Shown here: piece after piece, positions 28,356 through 39,139 of the stretch | How positions within the stretch are numbered: position 1 is the first letter of the stretch | Layout: the number at the start of each line of letters is the position of its first letter | From: an uncultured Candidatus Saccharibacteria bacterium | GTDB taxonomy: Bacteria; Patescibacteriota; CPR2; UBA1875; CAIMLA01 | Length of the DNA stretch: 64,000 nucleotides | Direction: 5' to 3' | Assembly (NCBI GenBank): GCA_964594415.1 | Contig: CAZQLQ010000004.1 | Location: 19,162-83,161 of the forward strand | The notes under the pieces: generated by a model | The model's input: the letters and a program-made list of their open reading frames with translations, nothing else | The model's database searches: none | Told to the model about the DNA's origin: nothing | Translations under genes and position numbers: made by a program

Positions 28356-31300
28356 ATGCAAGACATAATCTCTGCCGTTATTAGTGGCATGTGGTTTTTA
28401 ATTGTTTGGACTTGGTGGATTGTTGTACCAATAATTCTTTATTATGCATGGAAAAATTTTAAAAAAGCCGAATATGTTGATAAGACTGAACACGAGGTTT
28501 TGTCGATAAAAATCCCAAAAAACAACGACAAGGGACCAATTGGGGCAGAGATGATGTTTGCATCTCTTCACGGGATATTACAGCCAGAAAGCGTAAGACA
28601 AAAAGGAGTTACCGTCCAAGAACATATCAGTTTTGAAATTGTAGCAACTTCTAGCTCAATTGAGTTTTTTGTTTGGACACCAAAACAACTTACCAACTTT
28701 GTTGAAGGCCAAATATACGCCCAGTATCCAACCGCCGAAATAACAAAAGTCAAGGATTATTCGCAAAATATCGACATCGACGACGATAAGATAGATGATG
28801 CGATTGCAGGAACTGAGCTAAGATTGCTAAAAGACGATATCTACCCGATAAAAACTTTTCAAAATTTTGAAGTAGATCCACTTGCCGGAATAACAGGAAT
28901 GCTTTCAAATCTCGAAGAATCAAGCGAAAAGATTTGGATTCAAATATTGGCGAGGCCGGTAGATGATAATTGGAGAGAGAAAGGTATTGGACACATCTCA
29001 GTAAAAAAGAGCGGAGTAAAACCACAAACAACAAAAGACCTCTTGAAAGAAGTCCTGTTAATGCCGATTAAAATCATACCAGAACTAATAACCATGGCAG
29101 TCAACCCCGGGGCCGAAACTAAGAAAGAGGAGAAAAAGGAAACTCCTAAGCTTTCACATGCAGAAGAAGCTGAGCTCTCAGCTATTGAACTCAAAGCTAA
29201 CAAGCTTGGATATAAAGTAATTATAAGAATTACTTATCTTGCAAAAAATACGGAAAAAGCAGTAGAACGGATTCAATCAATAGTCGGAGCATTTAAACAA
29301 TTCAATACGACAAATTTGAATGGCTTTGCATCAGAAAAAATCTACAGTGGCACCGATTTTTTAAATTCATATCGCGCAAGGCTATTTAACGAAGAAGGTT
29401 ATATACTGAATATTGAAGAGCTTGCGAGCCTTTACCATTTACCAAATATTACCGTGGAAACACCAAATATCGTTTGGACATCTTCGAAAAAAGGGGAACC
29501 GCCTGCAAATGTTAGATTTGTTGATAATACCCCAGATGAAAAAATAGATCCCGATATAACTCTTTTAGCACAAACAACCTACAGAGGCCAGAATAAGCCT
29601 TTTGGAATAACTCGTGATGACCGCAGAAGACACATGTATATAATAGGGAAGAGCGGAACCGGAAAATCAAGACTGTTAGAAAATCTAGCAATATCCGATA
29701 TTCAAAAAGGGGAGGGAGTAGCGATAGTTGATCCTCACGGGGAATTAATTGATAGAATATTGAAATATATTCCAAGAAACAGAATTGACGATGTAGTATA
29801 TTTCAACCCCGCAGATAGAAACTTTCCAATCGCTTTTAATCCGCTAGAGTGTACGCCCGACATGAGGGAAGAAGTCGCTAATGGCTTTGTTTCCGTATTA
29901 AAAAGAATGTTTGGGTATTCATGGGGTCCCAGATTGGAATATGTCCTTAAGCATACTGTTTTAGCACTTGTAGAAGCTGACGATACTACTATGCTAGGAA
30001 TTGTCAGAATGCTTACCGATAGAAATTATAGAAAAAAGGTAGTTTCTCAGGTAACAAATCCTGTCGTACAAATGTTTTGGCTCAAAGAATTCGCTTCGTA
30101 TAATGACAAGATGGCCACAGAAACAATAGCTCCAATATTAAATAAGGTGGGACAATTTACTTCCTCTGCGGTAATTAGAAATATTGTTGGACAAGTAAAA
30201 AGCAACATTGATTTTGCTAAAATCATGAACGAACAAAAAATCCTGTTAGTTGATCTTTCAACTGGAAAAATTGGGGAAGCAAATTCAGAGCTTTTAGGAT
30301 CTATGATTATTACAAAGATACAGCAAGCGGCGATGTCCAGAGCTTATATTCCTGAAGAGGAAAGAAAAGATTTTTATCTATATGTTGATGAATTTCAAAA
30401 TTTTGCCACAGATTCGTTTGCTACAATCCTTTCAGAAGCCCGTAAATATCGCTTATCGCTCACGGTGGCTAACCAATATATTGCTCAAATGGAAGAAACG
30501 GTAAGAGATGCTGTATTTGGCAATGTCGGCACCTTAGTCTCTTTTAGAGTAGGAGCCACGGATGCGGCTTTTTTGGAAAAAGAATTTGCAGGAATATTTC
30601 TTCAAAATGATATAACCAATCTTGATAATCGTCATATCTACTTGTATATGCTGATAGACGGCGTTACGAGTATTCCATTTAGCGCCATGACACTAAACTC
30701 TCCTCATATTACCGACAATCTTTCAACGATTATCACTGCAGTTTCCAGGGAAAGATACGGAACACCTCTTGCTTCAGTTGAGGAAGCTATTAAGAAGTGG
30801 TACGGGGTAGATAATGTTATTGCTGGAATTGAAGCAAACGAAAACAGACAACAGGAAGTCTATATTGATTCCTCAGCAGAAAGTCAAGTTAATACAACAA
30901 CTATAGAACAGGAATATAGGAAATATTTAAAAGAACTGGAATTAAGTCAAATTGAAGATGACAATAAAAAGAAAGGCGAATCAGAACAAAACAGAAAGCC
31001 CGCAGAAAAAAATAAGGCAGAGGAGCCAAAGCCACAACCCAATAAAATAATCCCAGAGATAATAACAGAAAAAACAAACAAAGACTCTGAGGAAACCTCA
31101 GCTTCTATCTCAAAAATTGACAATAAACCCGCCGTAAAATTAAATAATGATAATGTTAAGCAGATTAAAGTCGATAAGAATGAACTTAAAAAGCTTATCA
31201 AAGAACTTACCACCCCTACTCCTAAAAATGAGGAGAGTACCAACGAGAAGAAGGAAGAATTAATTACTGATACGCATAACATTCCCCCTATCAATCTTCC

Positions 31301-31412
31301 TGGAAAGAATAGGGAAGAAGAGGCCATAGAAATAATTAACACAAATTCCGCTATAAACAAAAAACAAGCAGGAGAAAATGAGCTCAAACCAGGAGATATA
31401 ATTAAATTTTAA
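28356..31412 (+). CDS. membrane-anchored VirD4/TraG/HerA-like P-loop ATPase
   Basis: N-terminal TM, GKSGTGKS, VDPHG, YVDEFQNF, SEARKY, ANQY; low-complexity charged tail. Confidence 0.88.
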   Translation: MQDIISAVISGMWFLIVWTWWIVVPIILYYAWKNFKKAEYVDKTEHEVLSIKIPKNNDKGPIGAEMMFASLHGILQPESVRQKGVTVQEHISFEIVATSSSIEFFVWTPKQLTNFVEGQIYAQYPTAEITKVKDYSQNIDIDDDKIDDAIAGTELRLLKDDIYPIKTFQNFEVDPLAGITGMLSNLEESSEKIWIQILARPVDDNWREKGIGHISVKKSGVKPQTTKDLLKEVLLMPIKIIPELITMAVNPGAETKKEEKKETPKLSHAEEAELSAIELKANKLGYKVIIRITYLAKNTEKAVERIQSIVGAFKQFNTTNLNGFASEKIYSGTDFLNSYRARLFNEEGYILNIEELASLYHLPNITVETPNIVWTSSKKGEPPANVRFVDNTPDEKIDPDITLLAQTTYRGQNKPFGITRDDRRRHMYIIGKSGTGKSRLLENLAISDIQKGEGVAIVDPHGELIDRILKYIPRNRIDDVVYFNPADRNFPIAFNPLECTPDMREEVANGFVSVLKRMFGYSWGPRLEYVLKHTVLALVEADDTTMLGIVRMLTDRNYRKKVVSQVTNPVVQMFWLKEFASYNDKMATETIAPILNKVGQFTSSAVIRNIVGQVKSNIDFAKIMNEQKILLVDLSTGKIGEANSELLGSMIITKIQQAAMSRAYIPEEERKDFYLYVDEFQNFATDSFATILSEARKYRLSLTVANQYIAQMEETVRDAVFGNVGTLVSFRVGATDAAFLEKEFAGIFLQNDITNLDNRHIYLYMLIDGVTSIPFSAMTLNSPHITDNLSTIITAVSRERYGTPLASVEEAIKKWYGVDNVIAGIEANENRQQEVYIDSSAESQVNTTTIEQEYRKYLKELELSQIEDDNKKKGESEQNRKPAEKNKAEEPKPQPNKIIPEIITEKTNKDSEETSASISKIDNKPAVKLNNDNVKQIKVDKNELKKLIKELTTPTPKNEESTNEKKEELITDTHNIPPINLPGKNREEEAIEIINTNSAINKKQAGENELKPGDIIKF

Positions 31413-31563
31413 CATTTATAATTTAATTGCTATTAAGCACAACAATTATAAAAAGCAGACTAAAGGCTAACATCCCCTAATCCCTTCAAAATATATAGAT
31501 CAATAATGTTCTAAAAATTTAATTACTTAGGATAGATTTAAGAAAGGGAAGAAAACAATTATA

Positions 31564-31591
31564 ATGTCGCACAATATATCTTGGACGACAT
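31564..31591. other. dif-like Xer recombination site (putative terminus)
   Basis: ATGTCGCACAA-TATATC-TTGGACGACAT, 11-6-11 layout at the gene-strand switch. Confidence 0.75.
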
Positions 31592-31813
31592 TTAACATTT
31601 CCGAAATCTTGCTAACGTCTGGTTATTTAATTTATAAAAATAGTCTTTTTATTTATAGAGAGCCAAAATATGTAAGCATACACTAGAGTAATAGTATAAC
31701 CATAGTTAGGTTCTAGCAAATAATATTTAATTGTTATAAAAATTATTTATATTATTATTTAATATTTATTTTAAATTTAAAAAGCTGGATGCTCTCTCGA
31801 TTTTATTTAGGCC

Positions 31814-31839
31814 TAAATAAATAATTAATTATTTATTTA
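31814..31839. repeat. 26-bp A/T-only perfect palindrome
   Basis: TAAATAAATAATTAATTATTTATTTA, just downstream of ftsQ. Confidence 0.6.
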
Positions 31840-31880
31840 ATTAATTATTAGGGGACTCCCCTGTCAGACAATGATTCCGT

Positions 31881-32693
31881 TTATTTATAAAAAATTTTAT
31901 TTTCTGCGCGGAGATCCACATACTCCAACTTGACGCCTTTATTTTTCGCGTCTTGTATTATCCTTGATAGATTAACTAATTGACTTTCCGCATTATATTC
32001 AGGATTAAAGTAAGCATACCAGCCTGCATCTGTAATAACTTTCATTTCGTCAATTGTATTGATAAGCTCAATGCTCCTGACCTCCACCTCTGCTAAACGA
32101 AGGAAATCAATATTAATTATATTTATCAAATTAATCAAATTACTGTTAAACGACTTGGAACCGTTTTCAATTTCTAAGCCTCTATTATCCTTAATTAAAG
32201 GCACATTTGAATATTTTTCATCTTCTAATAAAAACGCGTAGCCGTTTTCATCAATCAAAAATCGGCCCTTTGGATGTTCAAGTATAAAGATTGGTCCTCT
32301 TTCCTCAATTTCAATAGCTATCTTATTTGGGAGTCTTCTAATTATTTTGATATTTTTAATTGATGGTGAATACTGAATTTTTTCAGCTAACTTAGAAGTA
32401 TTGATCGTAACAATGTTTCTGTTAAAAAAACTCTTAATAAATTCCTGGGATCTGGTGAGTACAATTTCTCTGTCGATATAGACCGTTTCGCCGATTTCCA
32501 CTTCCTTTACCATAAAGACTGGGGAGAAAAAAACTAGATAAACCAATCCGAAAAGCAAACAAAGAAAAGATATTAAGCCAAGATTAACCTTCCTCTGTTT
32601 GCCCTCCATATCTGAGGTTCGATTATAGATCGCTGGTTGCCTATAAGTCTTTTTTCTTCTATTAAAATTCCGAGGTCTAACTTGTTTTCTCAT
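31881..32693 (-). CDS. ftsQ: cell division protein FtsQ/DivIB
   Basis: basic N-terminus, TM, POTRA (RRLPN.I.I.IEER), C-terminal YVDLR; dcw position. Confidence 0.85.
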   Translation of the reverse strand: MRKQVRPRNFNRRKKTYRQPAIYNRTSDMEGKQRKVNLGLISFLCLLFGLVYLVFFSPVFMVKEVEIGETVYIDREIVLTRSQEFIKSFFNRNIVTINTSKLAEKIQYSPSIKNIKIIRRLPNKIAIEIEERGPIFILEHPKGRFLIDENGYAFLLEDEKYSNVPLIKDNRGLEIENGSKSFNSNLINLINIINIDFLRLAEVEVRSIELINTIDEMKVITDAGWYAYFNPEYNAESQLVNLSRIIQDAKNKGVKLEYVDLRAENKIFYK

Positions 32694-33849
32694 ATTCTTG
32701 TTTAATTTCTGCAAACTTGCTTCCGAAGCTTACTATCTCATTAGCAATCATCTTCGCTGAATCAGGAACATACGTTTCATTTAATTTCTTAGCCAAGAGC
32801 TTCATTTCTTCTGGATTTTCAAATAGCAGATCTACTTGTCGCTTAAGCCCCTTTGGAGTCAAGTGTTCTTGAAGCATTGTCAGAACAGCACCTTGCCTAG
32901 AAAGAATTTGGGCATTACTTAGTTGATGGTTATTTGCCGAGGAAGGCAAAGGAATAAGTATTGCTGTTTTTTTTAAGGCAGCGAGTTCAGCAATTACATT
33001 ATTACTAGCACGAGAAATTACCAAGTCAGCCGCTGCGTAGGCATCTTCTAAATCCTTTGATAAAAAGTTAAAGACAAGGTAATTTTTTGACAATTCATTT
33101 GGTAGTTTCTTAGCTTGGAATTTAAGCCAGTCATAATCAAGTTCCCCGGTTATGTGAATTAGCTGATATTTCTTTAATAAATCGTTGAGAGACTCAAAAA
33201 TCAAATTATTGATAGCTGATGATCCTTGACTACCACCTATTACTAAAATAGTTTTTTTATCGGCCAACCCGAACTTTTCTAGTGCTTCTTTTCTTGAACC
33301 TTTGAGAATGTCTACTCGAACTGGATTGCCGGTATATTTAACAACGTCCGGATCTATTTCAGAATACCTCTTAATGTCATAGCCAACACAAACTCTGTCA
33401 GCCTTCTTGGCGAGAATCTTGTTCGCTAGTCCCATCACGCTATCTGATTCATGGATTACGAGTGGAAATCCAAGATGTTTTGCAGCTAAGCCAACGGGCA
33501 AACTTACAAAGCCTCCTTTGCAAAAAACTACGTCGGGATCAAACTCTTTAATTATTTTTCGGGATTCAATATACCCAGAGCTAAACCTGAATAGATCTTT
33601 TAAATTTTTGAAGAAAGTATAAGGATTAACGATATTAAGTATAAGGCTATTATGATACCTTCTAAATTTACCGCTTTTAATAGCTTTGAAATGAACTCCT
33701 GTTTGTGGAACAATCCTGCCTTCCATTCCATCCTTTGAGCCGATATAAAGAATCTCGGGTTCCTTTGCAACCTCGTTAAGCTCTCCTATAACCGCTAATA
33801 TTGGCAAAATATGGCCACCTGTCCCGCCACCAGACACTATGATTTTCAT
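32677..33849 (-). CDS. murG: MurG glycosyltransferase
   Basis: GGGTGGH, GGFVS.P, TGNPVR, GGSQG, HQ..NA. Confidence 0.96.
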   Translation of the reverse strand: MKIIVSGGGTGGHILPILAVIGELNEVAKEPEILYIGSKDGMEGRIVPQTGVHFKAIKSGKFRRYHNSLILNIVNPYTFFKNLKDLFRFSSGYIESRKIIKEFDPDVVFCKGGFVSLPVGLAAKHLGFPLVIHESDSVMGLANKILAKKADRVCVGYDIKRYSEIDPDVVKYTGNPVRVDILKGSRKEALEKFGLADKKTILVIGGSQGSSAINNLIFESLNDLLKKYQLIHITGELDYDWLKFQAKKLPNELSKNYLVFNFLSKDLEDAYAAADLVISRASNNVIAELAALKKTAILIPLPSSANNHQLSNAQILSRQGAVLTMLQEHLTPKGLKRQVDLLFENPEEMKLLAKKLNETYVPDSAKMIANEIVSFGSKFAEIKQEYEKTS

Positions 33850-34994
33850 TATCTTCCCTCCTTTGTGCTATGTCTTGAAATATTTAAAAGCAACCCGCAA
33901 GAAAACATTAACATAATCAACGAAGAACCTCCATAACTAATAAACGGTAGGGGCACTCCTGTAAGCGGAATTAACGATAGTATTGCCATGATGTTAATAA
34001 AAGCCTGGGTGATAATCCACGTAGTAATGCCCGTAGCAACCAATCTTGAGTAACAATCAGGTGCGTTTCTGGCAATAATATAACCCCTGTAAGCGAAAAA
34101 GACGAATAGAAATACTATTAAACTTGCTCTGATCATCCCAAGTTCCTCGCAAATAATCGCGAATATAGAATCAGTAGCTGGTTCAGGTAAATAATTAAAT
34201 TTCTGCCTTGACTGACCGAAGCCAAGCCCCCATAGTCCTCCCGATCCGACAGTAAGTAGCGCTTGACTTATCTGGTACCCTGCATTTGTTTTATCTGCAC
34301 CAGGATTTAAGAATATAAGAACTCTTTGCACTCTGTATGGCTCCAATTTGATTAGTGCTATAAGCCCTAGGCAACCTATTGAAAACAAGGAAACTAAATG
34401 ACTTATTTTCGCACCAGAAGTAAAAAACATTATGCCAGCAATTACGATAGTAACAAGCGCCGTTCCCATATCTCTCTGCATTAAAAGAACAATTATAATT
34501 ATTGCTAAAAGCAATATACTAAAAGGAAATAGAGTCTTCTTAATGTCGGCAACGTCCTTTCCTTTCATTTCAAACCAGGTAGCTAGATATAAAATCAAGG
34601 CTATTTTCATGGCCTCCGAAGGCTGAAAAGTAGTAAAGCCAATATTTATCCATCTTTTGGCGCCATTTGCTTCTATTCCAACGCCAGGAATAAAAACAGT
34701 AAATAGTAGAAAAACGCCAATTATCAATAATACAGGCGAAAGTTTTTTCCAAAAGTTGTAATCAATCTTGTATCCAATATAGAGAGCGAAGAAAGAAATA
34801 AAAACGGAAACAAATTGGGAAAAAAAATAATAATTATCAGGCCTCCCGTCATTTCTGCTTAAGACTACAGAAGCCGAAAAAACTGTTATTAAGCCAATAG
34901 ACAAAAGCAAAAAAACACATATTGAAAGCCAATGATCAGGCTTTGCCGTCCGACTACTTACAAGTGTTTTTCTTTTACTCCTAGATAGCGACAT
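33849..34994 (-). CDS. ftsW: SEDS glycosyltransferase FtsW
   Basis: GAKRWI, FQPSE, YLPE..TD.IF, LPFISYGGSS. Confidence 0.93.
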   Translation of the reverse strand: MSLSRSKRKTLVSSRTAKPDHWLSICVFLLLSIGLITVFSASVVLSRNDGRPDNYYFFSQFVSVFISFFALYIGYKIDYNFWKKLSPVLLIIGVFLLFTVFIPGVGIEANGAKRWINIGFTTFQPSEAMKIALILYLATWFEMKGKDVADIKKTLFPFSILLLAIIIIVLLMQRDMGTALVTIVIAGIMFFTSGAKISHLVSLFSIGCLGLIALIKLEPYRVQRVLIFLNPGADKTNAGYQISQALLTVGSGGLWGLGFGQSRQKFNYLPEPATDSIFAIICEELGMIRASLIVFLFVFFAYRGYIIARNAPDCYSRLVATGITTWIITQAFINIMAILSLIPLTGVPLPFISYGGSSLIMLMFSCGLLLNISRHSTKEGR

Positions 34995-36061
34995 TAACTA
35001 TATCCTCTACCTAAAAGGGAGATAACCACGCCCATTAAAGCCGAAATCGCCCCGATTATCCAAAGTCTCATTGTTATTTTTGTCTCGGGCCAACCAATAG
35101 CTTCTAGGTGATGATGTACTGGTGCGGAAAGAAAGACTTTTTTTCCGTTTCTAAGTCTTTTTGATGTAAGTTGGATTATAACCGACAAGGTTTCCGCCAC
35201 AAAAACAAAGCCTATTACGGGCAATACTAGTGCAGTATTTGTAAGCATAGCGACTACCCCGAGTGTTGCCCCTAGAGCCACGGCACCGGTGTCCCCCATC
35301 AAAAATCTCGCTGGATAAATATTAAACCAAGTATAGGCCAAGACAGCTCCCGCTACAGTTGCGCAAAAAGAAGCCAACCCAAAATTACCTTGGAAAAAAG
35401 AAATTACCGAATAAGCGCCAAACGAAGCAGCTAAAAGTCCTCCCGCTAGCCCATCCAAGCCGTCAGTAATGTTGACTGCGTTTGCAGTAGCAAAGACAAT
35501 AAAAATAAATATCGGGATATAAAAGATTCCTACATTAACATCGCCATATGCAGGGATATGCAGGATATTCCACCCAAGCTTATAATAAAACCAGTATGCG
35601 CCAATACCAGAAAAAATCAGTATCCAAGCCGCTTTTATCTTTGATTTCACTCCGGCTATGCCTCCAGTAGAACGAATATTTACAAAATCGTCAATCAGAC
35701 CAAGAAGTCCTATCGAAACAATAGTAAAAAGAGGTAACCAGGTTTGCGCCCTATCAAGATTAAAAATAGAAGTTATCACCGCCACCGTGAACCAAATAAT
35801 AACACCCGCCATTGTGGGTATATTTCTCTTGTGCTTTTCTTTGTGAAGACTGTAATAAACAGGAGCCTTTTCTTTGCCTCCACCTATCCATGCCGTATCT
35901 TTGATTTGCTTCCACCATTTATATTTGAAGGCAAAATGAGTAAATATAGGAGTAATAGCTACTGCGATAATAAAGCTAAGAGTAGATAAGCTCATCAGCT
36001 TAATAATTTGTTGCATAGCTAATTGTTCGTTAATGTTAATTACTATTGATTGCTCTATCAT
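34994..36061 (-). CDS. mraY: phospho-N-acetylmuramoyl-pentapeptide transferase
   Basis: PTMAG, NAVNITDGLDGL, MGDTG, APVHHH. Confidence 0.96.
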   Translation of the reverse strand: MIEQSIVININEQLAMQQIIKLMSLSTLSFIIAVAITPIFTHFAFKYKWWKQIKDTAWIGGGKEKAPVYYSLHKEKHKRNIPTMAGVIIWFTVAVITSIFNLDRAQTWLPLFTIVSIGLLGLIDDFVNIRSTGGIAGVKSKIKAAWILIFSGIGAYWFYYKLGWNILHIPAYGDVNVGIFYIPIFIFIVFATANAVNITDGLDGLAGGLLAASFGAYSVISFFQGNFGLASFCATVAGAVLAYTWFNIYPARFLMGDTGAVALGATLGVVAMLTNTALVLPVIGFVFVAETLSVIIQLTSKRLRNGKKVFLSAPVHHHLEAIGWPETKITMRLWIIGAISALMGVVISLLGRGYS

Positions 36062-37350
36062 ATATTATCCTCCCTAAGACTTTTTCTGAATTTTTCCTTC
36101 TTATCTTGCCACATTTTTGATTGCCTAACAAGTAACTCCTCTGATTCTATAGGCCTTTTAAGAATCTTTTTTACAGCTTCCTCTAAGAATACTCCGTTTT
36201 GAGAGCCTTTAAATAATACCACATCCCCTTTTCTAATAATACCTGCTAGATATTCACCAGCCTTGTAAGGGTCTTGGAAATATTGAACACAATTTTTGTT
36301 CAATCCTTCTAAGGCGATTTCTAGAGAGTATTCTTTGGTTTTTCTACCAACAAAAATAATTAGATCTGCAACCTCTACAGCCTTTTTTGACACCTTTTCA
36401 TGGCCCTCCTTTTCGTAATCACCCAGCTCATTCATTGAGCCCAATACTGCAATTTTTCTCCCCTCAAATCTGTTTAGTACTTCAAGAGCCGCTAAAGCAG
36501 ATTCCGGATTAGCATTATAACTATCGTCTATAATCAAGCCTTGGTTAATCCCCTCTAAGAGGCGCATTCTTCCTTTCTCAGGGAAAATATTTTCAAGATC
36601 GCCTAATTTATCCTCTAACTCAAAGCCCATACAGTTAATCACAGCAAGCGCTGACAATATTGAAGGAACAAAATGTTCACCAAGGAAGTTAGTCTTGACA
36701 TAGAAATGTTTTTTGTCTTTTCTAATATAAAAAGACAGCTTTCCACTTTCCTCAAATTCAACTTTGTCATACTGGAAGCTAGACCCCCCCTTTCTTCCAA
36801 AAGTTATTATTCTCGCTTTAGTTCTATTTGCCATGTTCCCGACTCTTTCATCGTCGTTATTTAGAATTACATATCCAGTGGGATCGGTAAATTCAACCAA
36901 ATTACCTTTCTCCTTTTCAACAGCCTGAATGTCTTTAAATTTTTCCAGATGAGTCGGCAATACAGAGGTAACAACAGAAATTTTTGGCTTAATAAAGGAC
37001 ATGAAATACAAAATATCACCTGGCTTATCAGCACCAAATTCCAAAATAATCCTTTTATAAGGAGCCTTTTTGAGAAATTTAATCTTTATCTTTATTAATA
37101 CTATTAACCAAGCAAATATACTTTTACTCTTTGATGGCACCTTCTCTTTAAAAATAGCTAGCGGTATACCAATCTCTGTATTGTAAGCCTCATTCGGAAT
37201 ATATGTTTCATTATCGGAAACTAATTTAGATAAAATAAATTTTGTAGTAGTTTTGCCTGCACTCCCCGTAATTGCTATTACTTCAATATTATTTTTCTTT
37301 AAATAATATTTAGCAAAAAGTCTTAAGAAATAAGCTATTAACCTACTCAT
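36058..37350 (-). CDS. murF: UDP-MurNAc-tripeptide--D-Ala-D-Ala ligase
   Basis: ITGSAGKTT, NTEIG.P, DDSYNANPES, LGSMNELG, KGS. Confidence 0.92.
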   Translation of the reverse strand: MSRLIAYFLRLFAKYYLKKNNIEVIAITGSAGKTTTKFILSKLVSDNETYIPNEAYNTEIGIPLAIFKEKVPSKSKSIFAWLIVLIKIKIKFLKKAPYKRIILEFGADKPGDILYFMSFIKPKISVVTSVLPTHLEKFKDIQAVEKEKGNLVEFTDPTGYVILNNDDERVGNMANRTKARIITFGRKGGSSFQYDKVEFEESGKLSFYIRKDKKHFYVKTNFLGEHFVPSILSALAVINCMGFELEDKLGDLENIFPEKGRMRLLEGINQGLIIDDSYNANPESALAALEVLNRFEGRKIAVLGSMNELGDYEKEGHEKVSKKAVEVADLIIFVGRKTKEYSLEIALEGLNKNCVQYFQDPYKAGEYLAGIIRKGDVVLFKGSQNGVFLEEAVKKILKRPIESEELLVRQSKMWQDKKEKFRKSLREDNI

Positions 37351-37354
37351 GATC

Positions 37355-39079
37355 TTATTCCGTCGGTGGTATATTATAATACTTCAAAAGAAAATCCAGC
37401 ATACTTCCTACCACTGGAGCTGCTGTACTCTCCGCCCATGCAACATTATGTGGATTGTCTATCTTGGCAAGAACTACAAAATTTGCACCTTCAGTCGGAG
37501 AAAAACCGATAAAGGTTCCTATATTTTTATTTTCTTCATAACCGGTACCGTCTTCTTTCACTACTTGCGCTGTTCCTGTTTTCCCTGCTATTTTATATCC
37601 AGCAACGCTAGCTTGCTTTCCGTGTCCATTATTAACAACCGATACCATCATTTCTGTTAAGTCATCTGCCGCCTTTTTGGAAATTACCCTTTTGGCCTCT
37701 CCCTGTTCAATGGATTCAAAACTACCATCAAAATTTACGATCTTGTCTATTATATGAGGCGTAACGGCTTTGCCTCCGTTAGCTATAACTGAATAGCTTG
37801 CAATCATCTGCAGCGGGGTCGTGGAAACACTTTGCCCAAAACTCATAGTCGCATAACCATGTTCATTTAATTCATCGGGGGTTAGCAAAATTCCGCTTGA
37901 TTCGTTAGAGAATTCTATTCCTGTAATTTTCCCAAAGCCAAATTTATTCAAATATTCGTAAAATTTATTTTTCCCAAGTTTTTGCTCTACCCAGGTAGTT
38001 CCAGTATTAAGAGACTTCTCCAACACTTGAGTCATTGTTTGTATCCCATTTGACTTTTTGTCTGAATTCATAATTTTATTTCCGTCAATCAACAAAACCC
38101 CGCTATCCTCATAAGTAGTTTCCGGGGTTATTACTCCAGCATCCAAACCAGCAGCAATTGTTATGACCTTGAATATAGAGCCAGGCTCATAACTATCCGT
38201 AACTGCCTTGTTCTTATAAACTGAATAATCTTCCTCCTCAATAGTAGAATATTTATTTGGATCAAAGATGGGATTATTGGCCATAGCGAGAATTTTTCCC
38301 GTTGTAGGGTCCATTACTATAACAGATCCGCCGTCTGCTTTATATTTATCAACGGCTTCTTTCAGCAAAGCTTCGGCCTTGCCCTGAATATAGCGATCTA
38401 GAGTCAGATACAAATCGCTTCCATCTTCGGCAGGTTTCACAATATTTTTACCAAATACCAAAGCAACGCCGTTATTTTCATCTGTTTCTGCTTTTGTTTG
38501 TCCCGGAGTTCCGACAAGCTCACTATTGAAATATTCTTCAAGTCCGTACCTTCCTGTCCCTCCAGAGTCAACAAATCCTAATACAGAACAAGCCAAAGTT
38601 TCCTCGGGATAATATCTCCAATATTCTGGCTTATAGCTTATTCCCACTATTTTTGCTTCAAGTATGACTTTTAATTCATTTTCATTTACTTTATGTTTCA
38701 ATGGTGCGTATTGACCGCTAACGCTTATTAGGTCTAAAACTTCTTGTTTATTCATGTTCAAAACGCTAGAAATCTTTTCAGCAGCTTCTTCTTTATTTTT
38801 AATCAGTGAGGGGTCCGCATAAACAAGATTTAAGGTTTGATTTGTCGCTAATAGATATGAACCTCCGGAGATTGTATCTGAAATAAAAATCCTACCTCTC
38901 TGTGCCGGAATTGTAAATTTTGATGTTTGTTGTTGAGAGGCCGCTTGGGCATAATATTCATGTTTATAGATCTGTAAAAAATATAACCTAGATATTATTG
39001 TTAAAAAAAGAACAGTAAAAACCAATGTAACAAACCTGATTCTTCTCTTTTGCTTCTGGGAATCAAAATAACTATTCAC
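37355..39079 (-). CDS. ftsI: class B penicillin-binding protein (FtsI-like)
   Basis: RGRI, RYYP, EPGSIFK, SLN, KTGT; GTG start. Confidence 0.88.
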   Translation of the reverse strand: MNSYFDSQKQKRRIRFVTLVFTVLFLTIISRLYFLQIYKHEYYAQAASQQQTSKFTIPAQRGRIFISDTISGGSYLLATNQTLNLVYADPSLIKNKEEAAEKISSVLNMNKQEVLDLISVSGQYAPLKHKVNENELKVILEAKIVGISYKPEYWRYYPEETLACSVLGFVDSGGTGRYGLEEYFNSELVGTPGQTKAETDENNGVALVFGKNIVKPAEDGSDLYLTLDRYIQGKAEALLKEAVDKYKADGGSVIVMDPTTGKILAMANNPIFDPNKYSTIEEEDYSVYKNKAVTDSYEPGSIFKVITIAAGLDAGVITPETTYEDSGVLLIDGNKIMNSDKKSNGIQTMTQVLEKSLNTGTTWVEQKLGKNKFYEYLNKFGFGKITGIEFSNESSGILLTPDELNEHGYATMSFGQSVSTTPLQMIASYSVIANGGKAVTPHIIDKIVNFDGSFESIEQGEAKRVISKKAADDLTEMMVSVVNNGHGKQASVAGYKIAGKTGTAQVVKEDGTGYEENKNIGTFIGFSPTEGANFVVLAKIDNPHNVAWAESTAAPVVGSMLDFLLKYYNIPPTE

Positions 39080-39139
39080 GGTACACTCGTTTCATAATGT
39101 ATAAATAAATTATACAATAAATAAGATAATTTTTTAATC

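Noticed and set aside
28356-31412. Conjugative element or ICE
   Set aside because: No relaxase, VirB genes, integrase or att sites in the window
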